This document shows, one piece after another, positions 28,726 through 38,635 of a DNA stretch of 64,000 nt. Each line of letters begins with the position of its first letter. Within the stretch, counting starts at the first letter, position 1. This DNA is from an uncultured SAR116 cluster alpha proteobacterium. GTDB taxonomy: Bacteria; Pseudomonadota; Alphaproteobacteria; Puniceispirillales; Marisalimonadaceae. The position numbers and the translations under genes are program-made. The stretch is from the NCBI GenBank assembly GCA_902619485.1, contig CACNEF010000004.1:26021-90020 (forward strand), given 5' to 3'. Below the pieces are notes generated by a model. That model did not search any database. It was given only the letters and a program-made list of their open reading frames with translations, and was not told the DNA's origin.

Positions 28726-29846
28726 TGTCAAATTTATCGGTTCTTTTTAAAGGTAAAATTGGGAATTTATTTTTAAATTTTGAGCACTATTTTAAAAACA
28801 ATGGGATAACTATATTATATGGCCCAAATGGATCAGGAAAATCTACAATAATTTCTGCATTAGGTGGATTTATTAATGGTATAGAAACTAGAATTATTTT
28901 TAATGGTAATGAACTTCATGACATAGACAAATATCCTCCTAACAAGAGGCCATTTGGAATAATGTTTCAAAATCCAATATTATTTGAACATTTAAGTATA
29001 GAAGAAAATCTTGATTTTGTTATAAAAAGAAATCAAATAAAAAATCAAAATAAAAGTTCAATTTCTAAAGAATATCTGATTAAGCACCTTGAATTGAATT
29101 CTCTTTTGAAGAGATCACCGGAGAATTTATCTGGAGGTGAGAAATTAAGGGTGGTTTTAGCTAGAACAATTTTAAAACAACCTAAGTATTTGCTCTTAGA
29201 TGAACCAATGTCAGATTTAGATATAAAATATAAAGCTAAATTATTAGTTTTTCTAAAAAATTTTAATAAAAAATTTAAAATACCAATATTATATATTACA
29301 CATTCTATTGAAGAAATATCACAAATTGGTGATCAAATTATTTTAGTCAAAGATGGCAAAAAAATTGCTAGTGGAGCTGTTTCAGATATCCTTAATACAA
29401 ATTCATTTGGAGATCTAACAGGAAAGTTTGAGTTAAGCTCAGTATTAGATGGAATAGTTTTAAGTAATGATCATAATTTGCATATAACAACTCTTGATTT
29501 GGATGGACAAAAATTAATTGTTCCAGGCTTACCTGGTAACTTTAACGATGTAGTAAGAGTTAGAATAAGATCTAGAGATATATTGCTTTCATCATCTCGT
29601 TTAGAAACTAAAATTACCGAAAATGAATTGGAAGGTTTAATTTCTACTATTGAAATTGAGAATAATTCAGCATTTTCTGAGTTGGTAATTTTGTTAAAAA
29701 ATTTAAAAAACAACAAAAATATTCAAAAACTTAGAGCAAGGATAACAACTTATAATTTAAAAAAAATGAAGTTATCAAAAAATGATACAGTATTCATTTA
29801 TATAAGTTCAGTATCCATAGATAGACAAGCATATCAATCTATATAA
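28725..29846 (+). CDS. modC: Molybdate ABC transporter ATP-binding protein
   Basis: GPNGSGKST, LSGGE, LLLDEP, C-terminal TOBE/Mop region; 1-bp overlap with modB. Confidence 0.9.
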   Translation: MSNLSVLFKGKIGNLFLNFEHYFKNNGITILYGPNGSGKSTIISALGGFINGIETRIIFNGNELHDIDKYPPNKRPFGIMFQNPILFEHLSIEENLDFVIKRNQIKNQNKSSISKEYLIKHLELNSLLKRSPENLSGGEKLRVVLARTILKQPKYLLLDEPMSDLDIKYKAKLLVFLKNFNKKFKIPILYITHSIEEISQIGDQIILVKDGKKIASGAVSDILNTNSFGDLTGKFELSSVLDGIVLSNDHNLHITTLDLDGQKLIVPGLPGNFNDVVRVRIRSRDILLSSSRLETKITENELEGLISTIEIENNSAFSELVILLKNLKNNKNIQKLRARITTYNLKKMKLSKNDTVFIYISSVSIDRQAYQSI

Positions 29847-29851
29847 ATTAT

Positions 29852-31054
29852 TTACACTCTTTCTATTATGATTGCACTTCCTTGACCAACACCAACACAC
29901 ATTGTACATAATGCGTATTTTAGTTTTTTTTCAATTAATTCTTGAGTTGCTGTAAGAACTAATCTTGTTCCGGACATGCCAAGAGGATGCCCGAGTGCAA
30001 TTGCTCCACCATTTGGGTTAACTCTCTCGTCGTCGTCATCAATACCAAGAGACCTTAAACTAGCTAATCCTTGCGCAGCAAATGCTTCATTTATTTCAAT
30101 AACATCAATATCTTTCATTTTAATTCCAGCTATTTTAAGTGCTTTTAACGAAGCAGGAACAGGTCCAATGCCCATGAATGCTGGTTCAACTCCAGAACTT
30201 GCAGCAGCAATTATTCTTGCTCTTGCGGTTAAATGATTTCGTTTTACCCCTTCTTTACTTGCAATTATCATTGCGGCAGCACCGTCATTTACACCACTGG
30301 CATTCCCGGCAGTAACAGTACCATTATTTCGAAATGGTGTTGGGAGTGAAGAAAGTTTTTCAATTGATGTGCCTTTGGGATGTTCATCCTTATCAAATAT
30401 TAATGTTTCTCCTTGTTTTTGAGGAATTTCAACTGGAGTAATCTCTTTGGCTAATCTTCCATTTTGAATTGCAGTAGAGGCTTTTATTTGACTAGAAAAA
30501 GCCATTTTATCTTGATCATCCCTGCTAATTTGATATTTTTCTGCAACATTTTCTGCTGTTTCAGGCATTGAGTCTATACCGTAAGTAGCCTTCATTTTAG
30601 GGTTTACAAATCTCCAACCTATTGTTGTATCATAAATTTCTGCATTCCTAGAAAAAGCTGAACTAGCTTTGGGCATTACAAAAGGAGCTCTGCTCATACT
30701 TTCTGCACCTCCTGCAATAGTCATATCTGCTTCATTTGATTTTATCATTCTTGATGCGCTTGATATAGCTTCCATACCAGAAGCACATAACCTGTTTAAT
30801 GTTATACCTGGAACGGTATGTGGAAGATCTGCTAAAAGAAGAGCCATTCTTGCAATATTACGATTGTCTTCACCAGCCTGATTGGCATTGCCAAAAAAAA
30901 CTTCTTCTAAATTTTCCCAGTCAGTTTTCTGTAAGTTTGTTTTCATTGATATAAGAGGCAAAGCTGCAAGATCATCTGTTCTAATAGATGATAAACTCCC
31001 CCCAAATTTCCCAATTGGTGTTCTTGTTCCTTCACAAATATATGCTTCTGACAT
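29852..31054 (-). CDS. pcaF: 3-oxoadipyl-CoA thiolase (PcaF/PaaJ type)
   Basis: ANQAGEDNRN, NRLCASG, DTTIGWRFVNP, NEAFA, GHPLG, CVGVGQG; start moved to MSEAY (AGGAGA RBS). Confidence 0.85.
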   Translation of the reverse strand: MSEAYICEGTRTPIGKFGGSLSSIRTDDLAALPLISMKTNLQKTDWENLEEVFFGNANQAGEDNRNIARMALLLADLPHTVPGITLNRLCASGMEAISSASRMIKSNEADMTIAGGAESMSRAPFVMPKASSAFSRNAEIYDTTIGWRFVNPKMKATYGIDSMPETAENVAEKYQISRDDQDKMAFSSQIKASTAIQNGRLAKEITPVEIPQKQGETLIFDKDEHPKGTSIEKLSSLPTPFRNNGTVTAGNASGVNDGAAAMIIASKEGVKRNHLTARARIIAAASSGVEPAFMGIGPVPASLKALKIAGIKMKDIDVIEINEAFAAQGLASLRSLGIDDDDERVNPNGGAIALGHPLGMSGTRLVLTATQELIEKKLKYALCTMCVGVGQGSAIIIERV

Positions 31055-31077
31055 TAAATATCTCCTAGGCAAACTAA

Positions 31078-31740
31078 TTATTCAAAATTTGTATAAATTG
31101 GTAAATCATTTGGTTCCCATTTTTTGAATTTTTTCATTATAGATGAAAAGTCTTCACTATCAATGATTTGATTAAGCCAATTATTTAAAAGACTAAAATT
31201 TAATTTATCAAACCATTCTTGATCAACATTTCTAAATTGTCTAATAAATGGAAATACAGCATAATCTAAAAAAGTAAGATGTTCACAATTAAGAGATTTA
31301 TTATTTTTAAGATAAGAATTTAATTTTTCAAGAAAGCATAAATTTTGATCTCTATTAAAATGAGAATCAATTTCCGAAAATCTACTTGGATATTTATACT
31401 TATCTAAATTAGTTTTAAATTTAATTTCAAGTTCATCTAATAGGTTTTTAATTTCTCTGTCTTGTAATTTCCCCTTACCAAGCCATTTATCAGGGTCATT
31501 TATATTTAAAGCCCAATTGATTATGTCCAAACTTTCTTCTAAAACTTGCCCTGACTTGGTAATTAATACTGGGACAGTTCCCTTGGGAGATGATTTTAAA
31601 AATTCAGATGGTTTTTCTTGTAATTTAATCTCTCTTACTTCTACTTTTATCTTGGATGACCTGATAGCAAATCTAGCCCTCATTGCATAAGGACATCTCC
31701 TAAAAGTATATAAAATGGGATATTCAAAGTTTGCTTCCAT
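31078..31740 (-). CDS. Glutathione S-transferase
   Basis: LYTFRRCPYAMRAR, KGTVPVL, EESLDI, D.A.FPFIRQF. Confidence 0.92.
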   Translation of the reverse strand: MEANFEYPILYTFRRCPYAMRARFAIRSSKIKVEVREIKLQEKPSEFLKSSPKGTVPVLITKSGQVLEESLDIINWALNINDPDKWLGKGKLQDREIKNLLDELEIKFKTNLDKYKYPSRFSEIDSHFNRDQNLCFLEKLNSYLKNNKSLNCEHLTFLDYAVFPFIRQFRNVDQEWFDKLNFSLLNNWLNQIIDSEDFSSIMKKFKKWEPNDLPIYTNFE

Positions 31741-31816
31741 TATAGATTAACTTTAAATAACTTTGGTATATTATGAAATACTTTTGTTGTTTTTATCAAA
31801 AATTTAATAAAAAAAT

Positions 31817-32026
31817 TTATTTTTTTGGATTTGTATCTGCAGTGTTGTAGATCTCATCATCATCAATATGACCTTGTTTTGTAAGTTGATAAACTGTGTT
31901 CCAAAGTGACGGAGGGTAATTTTGTCTAATGTTTTTAATCATATGTAAGATATGCTTTTTTTCAAAAATATTGTCTTTTTTTGACTTTCTTACTTTATCA
32001 AGTGGAAAGGGAACAATCTGAGCCAT
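31817..32026 (-). CDS. Small hypothetical protein (69 aa)
   Basis: Strong AGGAGA RBS; fills an intergenic gap; MAQIVPFP N-terminus. Confidence 0.65.
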   Translation of the reverse strand: MAQIVPFPLDKVRKSKKDNIFEKKHILHMIKNIRQNYPPSLWNTVYQLTKQGHIDDDEIYNTADTNPKK

Positions 32027-32148
32027 CTGTATTTCTCCTGTAGTATGTTTAAAGTTTGCAAATAGCTTGCCGATTTTAGTTTTTAATAAAATAAATTTAA
32101 TATTTTTTTTAAAATTAATGTATAAAGATGAAAAGAAAAGGACGATTA

Positions 32149-33564
32149 ATGATAAATTCTAAGTTACCAAGATCGACAAAAATAGTTGCAACAATTGGAA
32201 CTGCAACAGATGAAGCAGAGATAATAAAAAATTTAATACAAACCGGTGTAAATGTCTTTCGTCTTAATTTTAGTCATGGAAACCATGGAGATCATTTAAA
32301 AAGAATTACATCTATAAGATCAGCAGAAAAAAAAATGAATGCTAATGTTGCAATTCTTGCTGATCTTCAAGGACCAAAATTTAGAATTGGAGCAGTTAAA
32401 AATGAAACAAAAGTGATAAAGGGAAGTAATTACATTTTTGATAAAATTCCAGAAATTGGTAATTTTAAAAGGGTAAATTTACCACACGATGAAATTTTCA
32501 AGAGTTTGTCAATTGGTTCGAACATCCTTATGGATGATGGAAAGCTACAGTTCAGAGTCACAGATAAATCGAAAGATGAAATAAAAACAGAAGTTGTTGT
32601 AGGAGGCCTTGTTAAAAGTAATAAAGGTGTAAATCTCCCTGATGTTGTGTTGAATACAAGCCCATTGACTTCAAAAGATATTGAAGATCTTAAATTTATT
32701 TTAAATCAAGAAATTGATTGGATAGCTCTTTCCTTTGTTCAGAAATTAAAAGATGTAGAAGAAGTTAAAAAATATATTGGTGATAAAGCTGGTATAATTG
32801 CAAAAATTGAAAAGCCTTCTGCTTTAGAAGAATTAGACGAAATTATTCAAGCTTGCGATGGTATAATGGTCGCAAGGGGTGATTTAGGAGTTGAATTAGC
32901 ACCTGAAGAAGTGCCAGGGATACAAAAAGAAATAATTCTTAAATGTAGACAAGCAGGTAAGCCAGTTATTGTTGCTACACAAATGCTTGAATCTATGATC
33001 GAAACACCATCACCAACACGAGCAGAAGCTTCTGACGTTGCTACTGCCGTTTTTGATGGTGCTGATGCAGTTATGCTTTCTGCTGAAACTGCTGTTGGCT
33101 CTTATCCTCTTGAAACAGTAAACATTATGGACAGAATAATAACTTCAGCTGAAAATCATATTAAAATACATCCAGGCGATGGCCCTCAAAATTTAAAAAG
33201 AGAAAACTTTATTTATAACGCTGTATCACGTTCTGCGGTTAGTTTAGCTGAGTCAGTAAATGCAAAGGCTGTGGTTGCTTTCACAGCATCTGGAAATACT
33301 GCTTACAGAATGTCTAGAGAACGCTCAAATCTATTGTTAGTAGTTATGACACCTGAAATTAATGTAAAAAGAAAGCTATCATTATTATGGGGAGCTAATC
33401 CTTTTTTTAGTAAAGTTCAAGGTTATGAAGCGGCAATACAAGAGGCAAGAGAAATTATTAAAATTAAAAATTTTGCTAAAAAAGGTGATACAATAGTTGT
33501 GGTTGCAGGTATGCCTTTCGGGATATCTGGTTCAACAAATTCAATTAGAGTTGTTGAAATTTAA
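32149..33564 (+). CDS. pyk: Pyruvate kinase
   Basis: TKIVATIG, RLNFSHG, DLQGPK, AKIE, MVARGDLGVE, ATQMLESM; start moved to MINSK (AAGGA RBS). Confidence 0.97.
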   Translation: MINSKLPRSTKIVATIGTATDEAEIIKNLIQTGVNVFRLNFSHGNHGDHLKRITSIRSAEKKMNANVAILADLQGPKFRIGAVKNETKVIKGSNYIFDKIPEIGNFKRVNLPHDEIFKSLSIGSNILMDDGKLQFRVTDKSKDEIKTEVVVGGLVKSNKGVNLPDVVLNTSPLTSKDIEDLKFILNQEIDWIALSFVQKLKDVEEVKKYIGDKAGIIAKIEKPSALEELDEIIQACDGIMVARGDLGVELAPEEVPGIQKEIILKCRQAGKPVIVATQMLESMIETPSPTRAEASDVATAVFDGADAVMLSAETAVGSYPLETVNIMDRIITSAENHIKIHPGDGPQNLKRENFIYNAVSRSAVSLAESVNAKAVVAFTASGNTAYRMSRERSNLLLVVMTPEINVKRKLSLLWGANPFFSKVQGYEAAIQEAREIIKIKNFAKKGDTIVVVAGMPFGISGSTNSIRVVEI

Positions 33565-33566
33565 TT

Positions 33567-34097
33567 TTACTTTTTACCAAGTCTAACTGATATCATTTTA
33601 TCTGGATTTCTTGGTGGTTCTCCTACTGCTAGGTTTTCAACTGTTTCCATGCCTGAAATTACCTGACCCCACACTGTATACTGACCTGTCAGATGACTAC
33701 ATCCATTAAAACATATGAAAAATTGACTGTCCCCGCTGTCAGGGTTCATAGATCTTGCCATTCCAACAGTTCCATACTTATACTTGTAATCAGAGAATTC
33801 AGCTTTTAAACTCTTTCCAGATCCACCAGTGCCATTACCATCAGGGTCACCTGTTTGAGCCATAAAGCCTTCTATAACTCTATGAAAAATAATACCGTCA
33901 TAAAATCCTTGCTTAACTAATTCTTTAATTCTTTTTACATGATTAGGTGCAATTTTTGGCAAAGTTTCAATAACAACATTACCTTTAGATGTCTCAATCG
34001 TTATAAATTTACTTGAACTTGCATTTGCTTTTTTTACTGGTTTTACCATGACTACACACATTAATCCTAATATAATAATAAATAATTTTTTTATCAT
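33567..34097 (-). CDS. Cyclophilin-type peptidyl-prolyl cis-trans isomerase
   Basis: FHRVIEGFMAQTGDP, GMAR, SQFFI, YTVWGQV; signal peptide. Confidence 0.95.
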   Translation of the reverse strand: MIKKLFIIILGLMCVVMVKPVKKANASSSKFITIETSKGNVVIETLPKIAPNHVKRIKELVKQGFYDGIIFHRVIEGFMAQTGDPDGNGTGGSGKSLKAEFSDYKYKYGTVGMARSMNPDSGDSQFFICFNGCSHLTGQYTVWGQVISGMETVENLAVGEPPRNPDKMISVRLGKK

Positions 34098-34157
34098 AAA
34101 TCACTCTTACAGTTTTATATACGTATAAAGTTAGTAAATTTAAAATCAACTATTATT

Positions 34158-34664
34158 TTAAACAAGTGCATCAATTTGTTCATCTGTAAGATTTCCAGGC
34201 ACAATAGTAATGGGTACCCTGCATTCAGTGCTACCCTTATTAATTACATAGTTAATCAAAGGGCCAGGATTTCCGTGTTCTGTTGAAACTCCTAGAACTA
34301 AGACCCTTATGGCTTTTTCTTTATCGATTAAATTAAAGAGTTCTTCATGAAGAATTCCTTTTCTAACAAAAGTCCTAGGTTTGGGTGCCCCCAGTTTTTC
34401 ACAATATTCACTCAGTTCTAGAAGTAAATTTTTACTAGCTAGTTCAGCTTCTGCTTCCATGATTTCAGTAACTCCTCCCCAAAGCTGCCCTTCAATAGGT
34501 TCAATGCATCTAAATAAGGCAACTTCTCCGCCAGCTGTTGCAGCTCTTCTTGCAGCATAATAAAGGGCTTGATGTAATTCCCTACTATCATCTGCTACTA
34601 CTAAGAATAATCTATTTCTTGGTTTTGAAACTTGTGCCTTTTTACTCACATTTTTTTTAGTCAT
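34158..34664 (-). CDS. Universal stress protein
   Basis: FLVVADDS..AL.YA, LVLG, PGPL, PITIVPG. Confidence 0.9.
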   Translation of the reverse strand: MTKKNVSKKAQVSKPRNRLFLVVADDSRELHQALYYAARRAATAGGEVALFRCIEPIEGQLWGGVTEIMEAEAELASKNLLLELSEYCEKLGAPKPRTFVRKGILHEELFNLIDKEKAIRVLVLGVSTEHGNPGPLINYVINKGSTECRVPITIVPGNLTDEQIDALV

Positions 34665-34674
34665 TAATTCCTCA

Positions 34675-35424
34675 TCAAACTTTTCTAAAAATTAGACTTG
34701 ATCCCCAACCAACTAAAACTGCTAAAAAAACTGCAAAAATACCATATAATGTAGAGTAATTTTGAGCTATATTATAAATTTGTGCACTAATACCTGATTT
34801 CGAAACATTAATTGAATTAATTTGTTGTGACACAAGTTTACTGTTACGGTAATGTAAAATTTTAACTTCAAACTGACCAGTAATTACATTTGACGGTAAT
34901 TTTAAGAAAGATCTAAAAAGTGCATCTTTATTTAAGCTCACAGAGTTTTCATTTATACTCCATAAATTTGATTTCAACATGTTTCTAGTTAGTGCTTGTC
35001 TCCATTGTTTTTCGTTTATAACCCCAATACCTGGTTGAACCCTAATTTTCAAATTATTTAAACCAATTTCAGATATCCTTTGAGTTTTTTTATTAAGTAT
35101 ATCTTCTATTTTTCTATTAGATGAAATACTTAAATATTTAGGAGCATTTATATAATTAACTTTTTTTGTATTCACCCAAACTCCAAGTATTTTTTCTTTC
35201 TTTTGAACAGTTACCAATCCTTTGGGACCTGTAACAATTACAATTATATCATCGCCCTTTTTACCATCATAAGCGCCAAATAAAAGTATTTTTGCACCTT
35301 GAAAATCTGTTGAAATTTTAACATTTTCTTGTGATAAATCTGCAACTATTTGATTTTGTGCATAAGAATTTGTATTTAAAATTAAAAATAAAAAAACTAC
35401 CTTAATATGAAAATAAAATTTCAT
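34675..35424 (-). CDS. TIGR02186-family membrane-anchored protein
   Basis: ADLS...I...F.G..ILLFGA, KEK.LGVWVN, LFR, C-terminal TM; usual partner of the upstream TSUP gene. Confidence 0.85.
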   Translation of the reverse strand: MKFYFHIKVVFLFLILNTNSYAQNQIVADLSQENVKISTDFQGAKILLFGAYDGKKGDDIIVIVTGPKGLVTVQKKEKILGVWVNTKKVNYINAPKYLSISSNRKIEDILNKKTQRISEIGLNNLKIRVQPGIGVINEKQWRQALTRNMLKSNLWSINENSVSLNKDALFRSFLKLPSNVITGQFEVKILHYRNSKLVSQQINSINVSKSGISAQIYNIAQNYSTLYGIFAVFLAVLVGWGSSLIFRKV

Positions 35425-35430
35425 TTTAAA

Positions 35431-36345
35431 TTACCTACTAATTATTATTGAAAAAAGATCAGAAGGAACAGTAATCAAATCAATCAAAAGTTTTAAGCTT
35501 ACTAAAATAATGATTGAAGATAAAATTAGCCTTAAATATTCGCCTTTTAAAATATTTGTATATCTTGAACCTATCTGTACACCTATCACAGAACCTAATA
35601 ATAATATTGTTGCTAGTACAATATCAACAGTTTGATTTTGAGATGCTTGGAGAATAGTTGTGTTTGCAGCAACAAAAATGATTTGAAATAAAGATGTACC
35701 TACAACTAAAGACGTAGGCATACCTAAAAGATATATCATTGCAGGTACTATTATAAAGCCACCACCAATGCCCATTAGAGCAGCAAGGATTCCAACTATT
35801 ATCCCAATTAAGATAGGTAATAAAATTGAAATATATAATTTTGATTTTCTGAATCTCATCTTAAAAGGTAATCCATGCAACCAATTATGTTGATGAAGCT
35901 TTCCCCTTGAGATCTTTCCTTTTCTTGTTCTTAAAATTAATCTAAGTGATTCTGCAAACATTAGGCTTCCAATGAGTGTTAAAAAAATTACGTAGGAAGA
36001 TTTAATAACGAGGTCTAATTGTCCAATTTTTCCTAAAAAATTAAATAAAAGGACACCTATCGAAGACCCTACAATACCTCCTAGTAGTAATACTGTACCC
36101 ATTTTAAAATCAACATTACTTCTTTTCCAATGAGATAGAACACCTGAAACTGAAGGCGCAACTAATTGATTGGCCACTGAAGCAACTGCCACAGGTGGTG
36201 GTATGCCTAAAAACATCATGATTGGGGTCAGAAGAAAACCTCCACCTACCCCAACCAATCCCATTATAAGACCAAGAAATGCGCCAACACCTAAAATTGC
36301 TAACGAGTGAATTGGCTGTTCTGCTATAGGTAAATAAATATACAT
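35431..36345 (-). CDS. Sulfite exporter TauE/SafE (TSUP) family protein
   Basis: MYIYLPIAE start, GVGGGFLLTP, LPFKMRF, GIGGGF, GTSLFQ. Confidence 0.92.
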   Translation of the reverse strand: MYIYLPIAEQPIHSLAILGVGAFLGLIMGLVGVGGGFLLTPIMMFLGIPPPVAVASVANQLVAPSVSGVLSHWKRSNVDFKMGTVLLLGGIVGSSIGVLLFNFLGKIGQLDLVIKSSYVIFLTLIGSLMFAESLRLILRTRKGKISRGKLHQHNWLHGLPFKMRFRKSKLYISILLPILIGIIVGILAALMGIGGGFIIVPAMIYLLGMPTSLVVGTSLFQIIFVAANTTILQASQNQTVDIVLATILLLGSVIGVQIGSRYTNILKGEYLRLILSSIIILVSLKLLIDLITVPSDLFSIIISR

Positions 36346-36422
36346 TAAGTTTTCATAATTGTTTCTTAAATAATAATAATACATTATTAATATTTAAAAA
36401 ATAAATATTTAAACTTAAATCT

Positions 36423-37046
36423 ATGATTAAAACTTTGACTAAAAGTGATCTTGAAACTTGTATTTATCGTGTTAGAAATGCAGGTGATAAAGATAGACCA
36501 GATGATAAATATAATAAGGCAAGTGTTTTAGTATTATTTATTAACGATGATATCAAAAAAACCAGTTCGATTTTAATGATCAAGAGAAGAGATAATCTAA
36601 GAAAGCATGCGGGACAAATAGCATTCCCAGGTGGAAGAAAAGAAAAAGAAGATTTAAATTTAGAAGAAACAGCAATCAGAGAAACTGAAGAAGAAATAAA
36701 TCTCTCTAGAGAGTATTTTAGTATTGTAGGTAATTTCCCTAAATTTTTTACTGGCACAGGCTACGTTGTAACACCATTTCTAGGTATAATTAAATCTAGT
36801 TCTAATTGGCAAAAAGTATTAAAACCAAATTTAAGCGAAGTAGAACAAATTTTTTTTCCACCAACTGAATATTTATTATCACCAGTGTATCATTTGAGAG
36901 AAAAACCACCTGTAAACTCGAGTATGTCCATGACATGGGCAATTAATTATAATGATAAAAATATTTGGGGGTTAACAGCAAGAGTGTTAGTGACTATATC
37001 TGCAGGATTATGTTTGAGGGAGTTTCCACCATGCGACGATATTTAA
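36423..37046 (+). CDS. Nudix CoA pyrophosphatase (NudL-like)
   Basis: HAGQIAFPGG, AIRETEEE Nudix box, IWGLTA. Confidence 0.92.
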   Translation: MIKTLTKSDLETCIYRVRNAGDKDRPDDKYNKASVLVLFINDDIKKTSSILMIKRRDNLRKHAGQIAFPGGRKEKEDLNLEETAIRETEEEINLSREYFSIVGNFPKFFTGTGYVVTPFLGIIKSSSNWQKVLKPNLSEVEQIFFPPTEYLLSPVYHLREKPPVNSSMSMTWAINYNDKNIWGLTARVLVTISAGLCLREFPPCDDI

Positions 37047-37285
37047 TAATTTTTTTAGCAGTTATATTTTCTATAGCCCTTTTTTTCTTAACAAAATATA
37101 TTTTGAATAAACTAACAAAAAATAATCAAATTTTTTATTCAACATTAGTAAGTGTTATTGGGTTTTGTATTTTTATTTTATTTGCTTTTTTGTTCCTGGA
37201 AATAAATTCCTATGACCCTAGTTACTCTTATCAACCTCCATTGTTAATTGATGGAAAAGTCAAAGATGGAAACTTTTCGAAATAA
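37031..37285 (+). CDS. Small membrane protein (DUF6111-like)
   Basis: ATG 37031 with GAGGGA RBS, two TM helices, C-terminal YQPP...DGKV..G; typical position between CoA pyrophosphatase and cca. Confidence 0.65.
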   Translation: MRRYLIIFLAVIFSIALFFLTKYILNKLTKNNQIFYSTLVSVIGFCIFILFAFLFLEINSYDPSYSYQPPLLIDGKVKDGNFSK

Positions 37286-37297
37286 AAAGGCATTTGA

Positions 37298-38623
37298 ATA
37301 ATTAAAAACAAATTTAAAAAATTATTTGAAATAGATAAAAATATCAAAGTTATTTTCAATCTTGCTGAGAGCGTTGATACTAAGATTTGGATTGTTGGAG
37401 GAGCTTTAAGAGATTACATTATTAATCAAGAAGTAACTGACATTGATTTTGTAATAAATGAAGATGTAAACACATTTAAAAAAAAACTAATTGCAAATAA
37501 TTCAAAAGTTAATGACGCGTATATAAAATATAAAACTATCACATTAATAATACACCAAAAAGAGTATCATATAACAAGCTTTAGGAAGGACTTAGTTTCT
37601 TTTGGTAGATCCGCGATTGTAGATAATGCTTATAGTTTAAATGAGGACGTAAAAAGAAGAGATTTTACTATAAATAGCTTATATTTAGACTCAAAAGGAA
37701 ATTTAATTGATCTCCTTAATGGTAAAAATGACATTAATAAAAGAAAGCTTGTCTTTATAGGTGATCCAATAGAAAGGATAGAAGAAGATTATCTAAGGAT
37801 TATAAGATTTTGCCGTTTCTCAGGAAATTTTAATAGTAATATTTCTAAAAACATTAAAAAAGAAATAAGAGCAAGAGTACCAAGTATTATAAATTTATCA
37901 AACAAGAGAATTAGACACGAGATTGACAAAATACTTTCAATCAAGAATTGTCATAAATGCATGTCGATGATGAACAAATTATCTATAGACAAATATCTTT
38001 TAATTAATAAAAACAATAATCATAAATTTGCTATTCACAATGGGTTTTTACTCAACAATTTTAAAATAATTGACTTTATAAAATCTAATGCAAAAACTGT
38101 CATTCAAAATGAAAAATTAGATTTAATTTCAGTAATAATGATCCATTTGTATGGAGGAAGTAATGTTGAAATGATTATTAATAGATTTGATTTGAACAAA
38201 AGAAAAACCAAATTTTTATATTTTGTTAGACAATTAATAAATTTAAAAATAAATATTAAGAACAATTTTTTGGGCACAATTGATGCTCAGGAAAATAAGA
38301 TAAAACTTCTTCAATTAATCTGGAAACTTAGGTCTTGTATTATTTCTAAAAAACAAGGATTGTTTAAGAAAGATCAGATACCATTTAATTGGTATAAATT
38401 AGGGTTGTTACATGTTTTATCCTTTGAAAAAATAAAAAAATTTGATTTTAGAGAATTAAATTGGCCTATATTCCCATTAGTAAGAGAGGATATATTAAAA
38501 TCAAAAAAAATAACTACTTACGATGAAGTTGAAAAATTATTTTTCGAAGCTGAGGATTTTTGGGTAAATAACAATTTTAAAAGTTCACCAAATGAAATTT
38601 TACATTTTTTAAAATATAGGTAA
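37298..38623 (+). CDS. cca: CCA-adding tRNA nucleotidyltransferase/poly(A) polymerase family (start uncertain)
   Basis: Hand translation: frame open from 37298, in frame with track ORF 37961..38623; contains WIVGGALRD, DIDF, RRDFTINSL, EEDYLRIIRF; no ATG/GTG/TTG before 37961. Confidence 0.85.
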   Translation: MIKNKFKKLFEIDKNIKVIFNLAESVDTKIWIVGGALRDYIINQEVTDIDFVINEDVNTFKKKLIANNSKVNDAYIKYKTITLIIHQKEYHITSFRKDLVSFGRSAIVDNAYSLNEDVKRRDFTINSLYLDSKGNLIDLLNGKNDINKRKLVFIGDPIERIEEDYLRIIRFCRFSGNFNSNISKNIKKEIRARVPSIINLSNKRIRHEIDKILSIKNCHKCMSMMNKLSIDKYLLINKNNNHKFAIHNGFLLNNFKIIDFIKSNAKTVIQNEKLDLISVIMIHLYGGSNVEMIINRFDLNKRKTKFLYFVRQLINLKINIKNNFLGTIDAQENKIKLLQLIWKLRSCIISKKQGLFKKDQIPFNWYKLGLLHVLSFEKIKKFDFRELNWPIFPLVREDILKSKKITTYDEVEKLFFEAEDFWVNNNFKSSPNEILHFLKYR

Positions 38624-38635
38624 GAAGATAAAAAT

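Noticed and set aside
37961-38623. 220-aa stand-alone hypothetical protein from the ORF track
   Set aside because: It is the C-terminal half of the CCA-adding enzyme frame that opens at 37298
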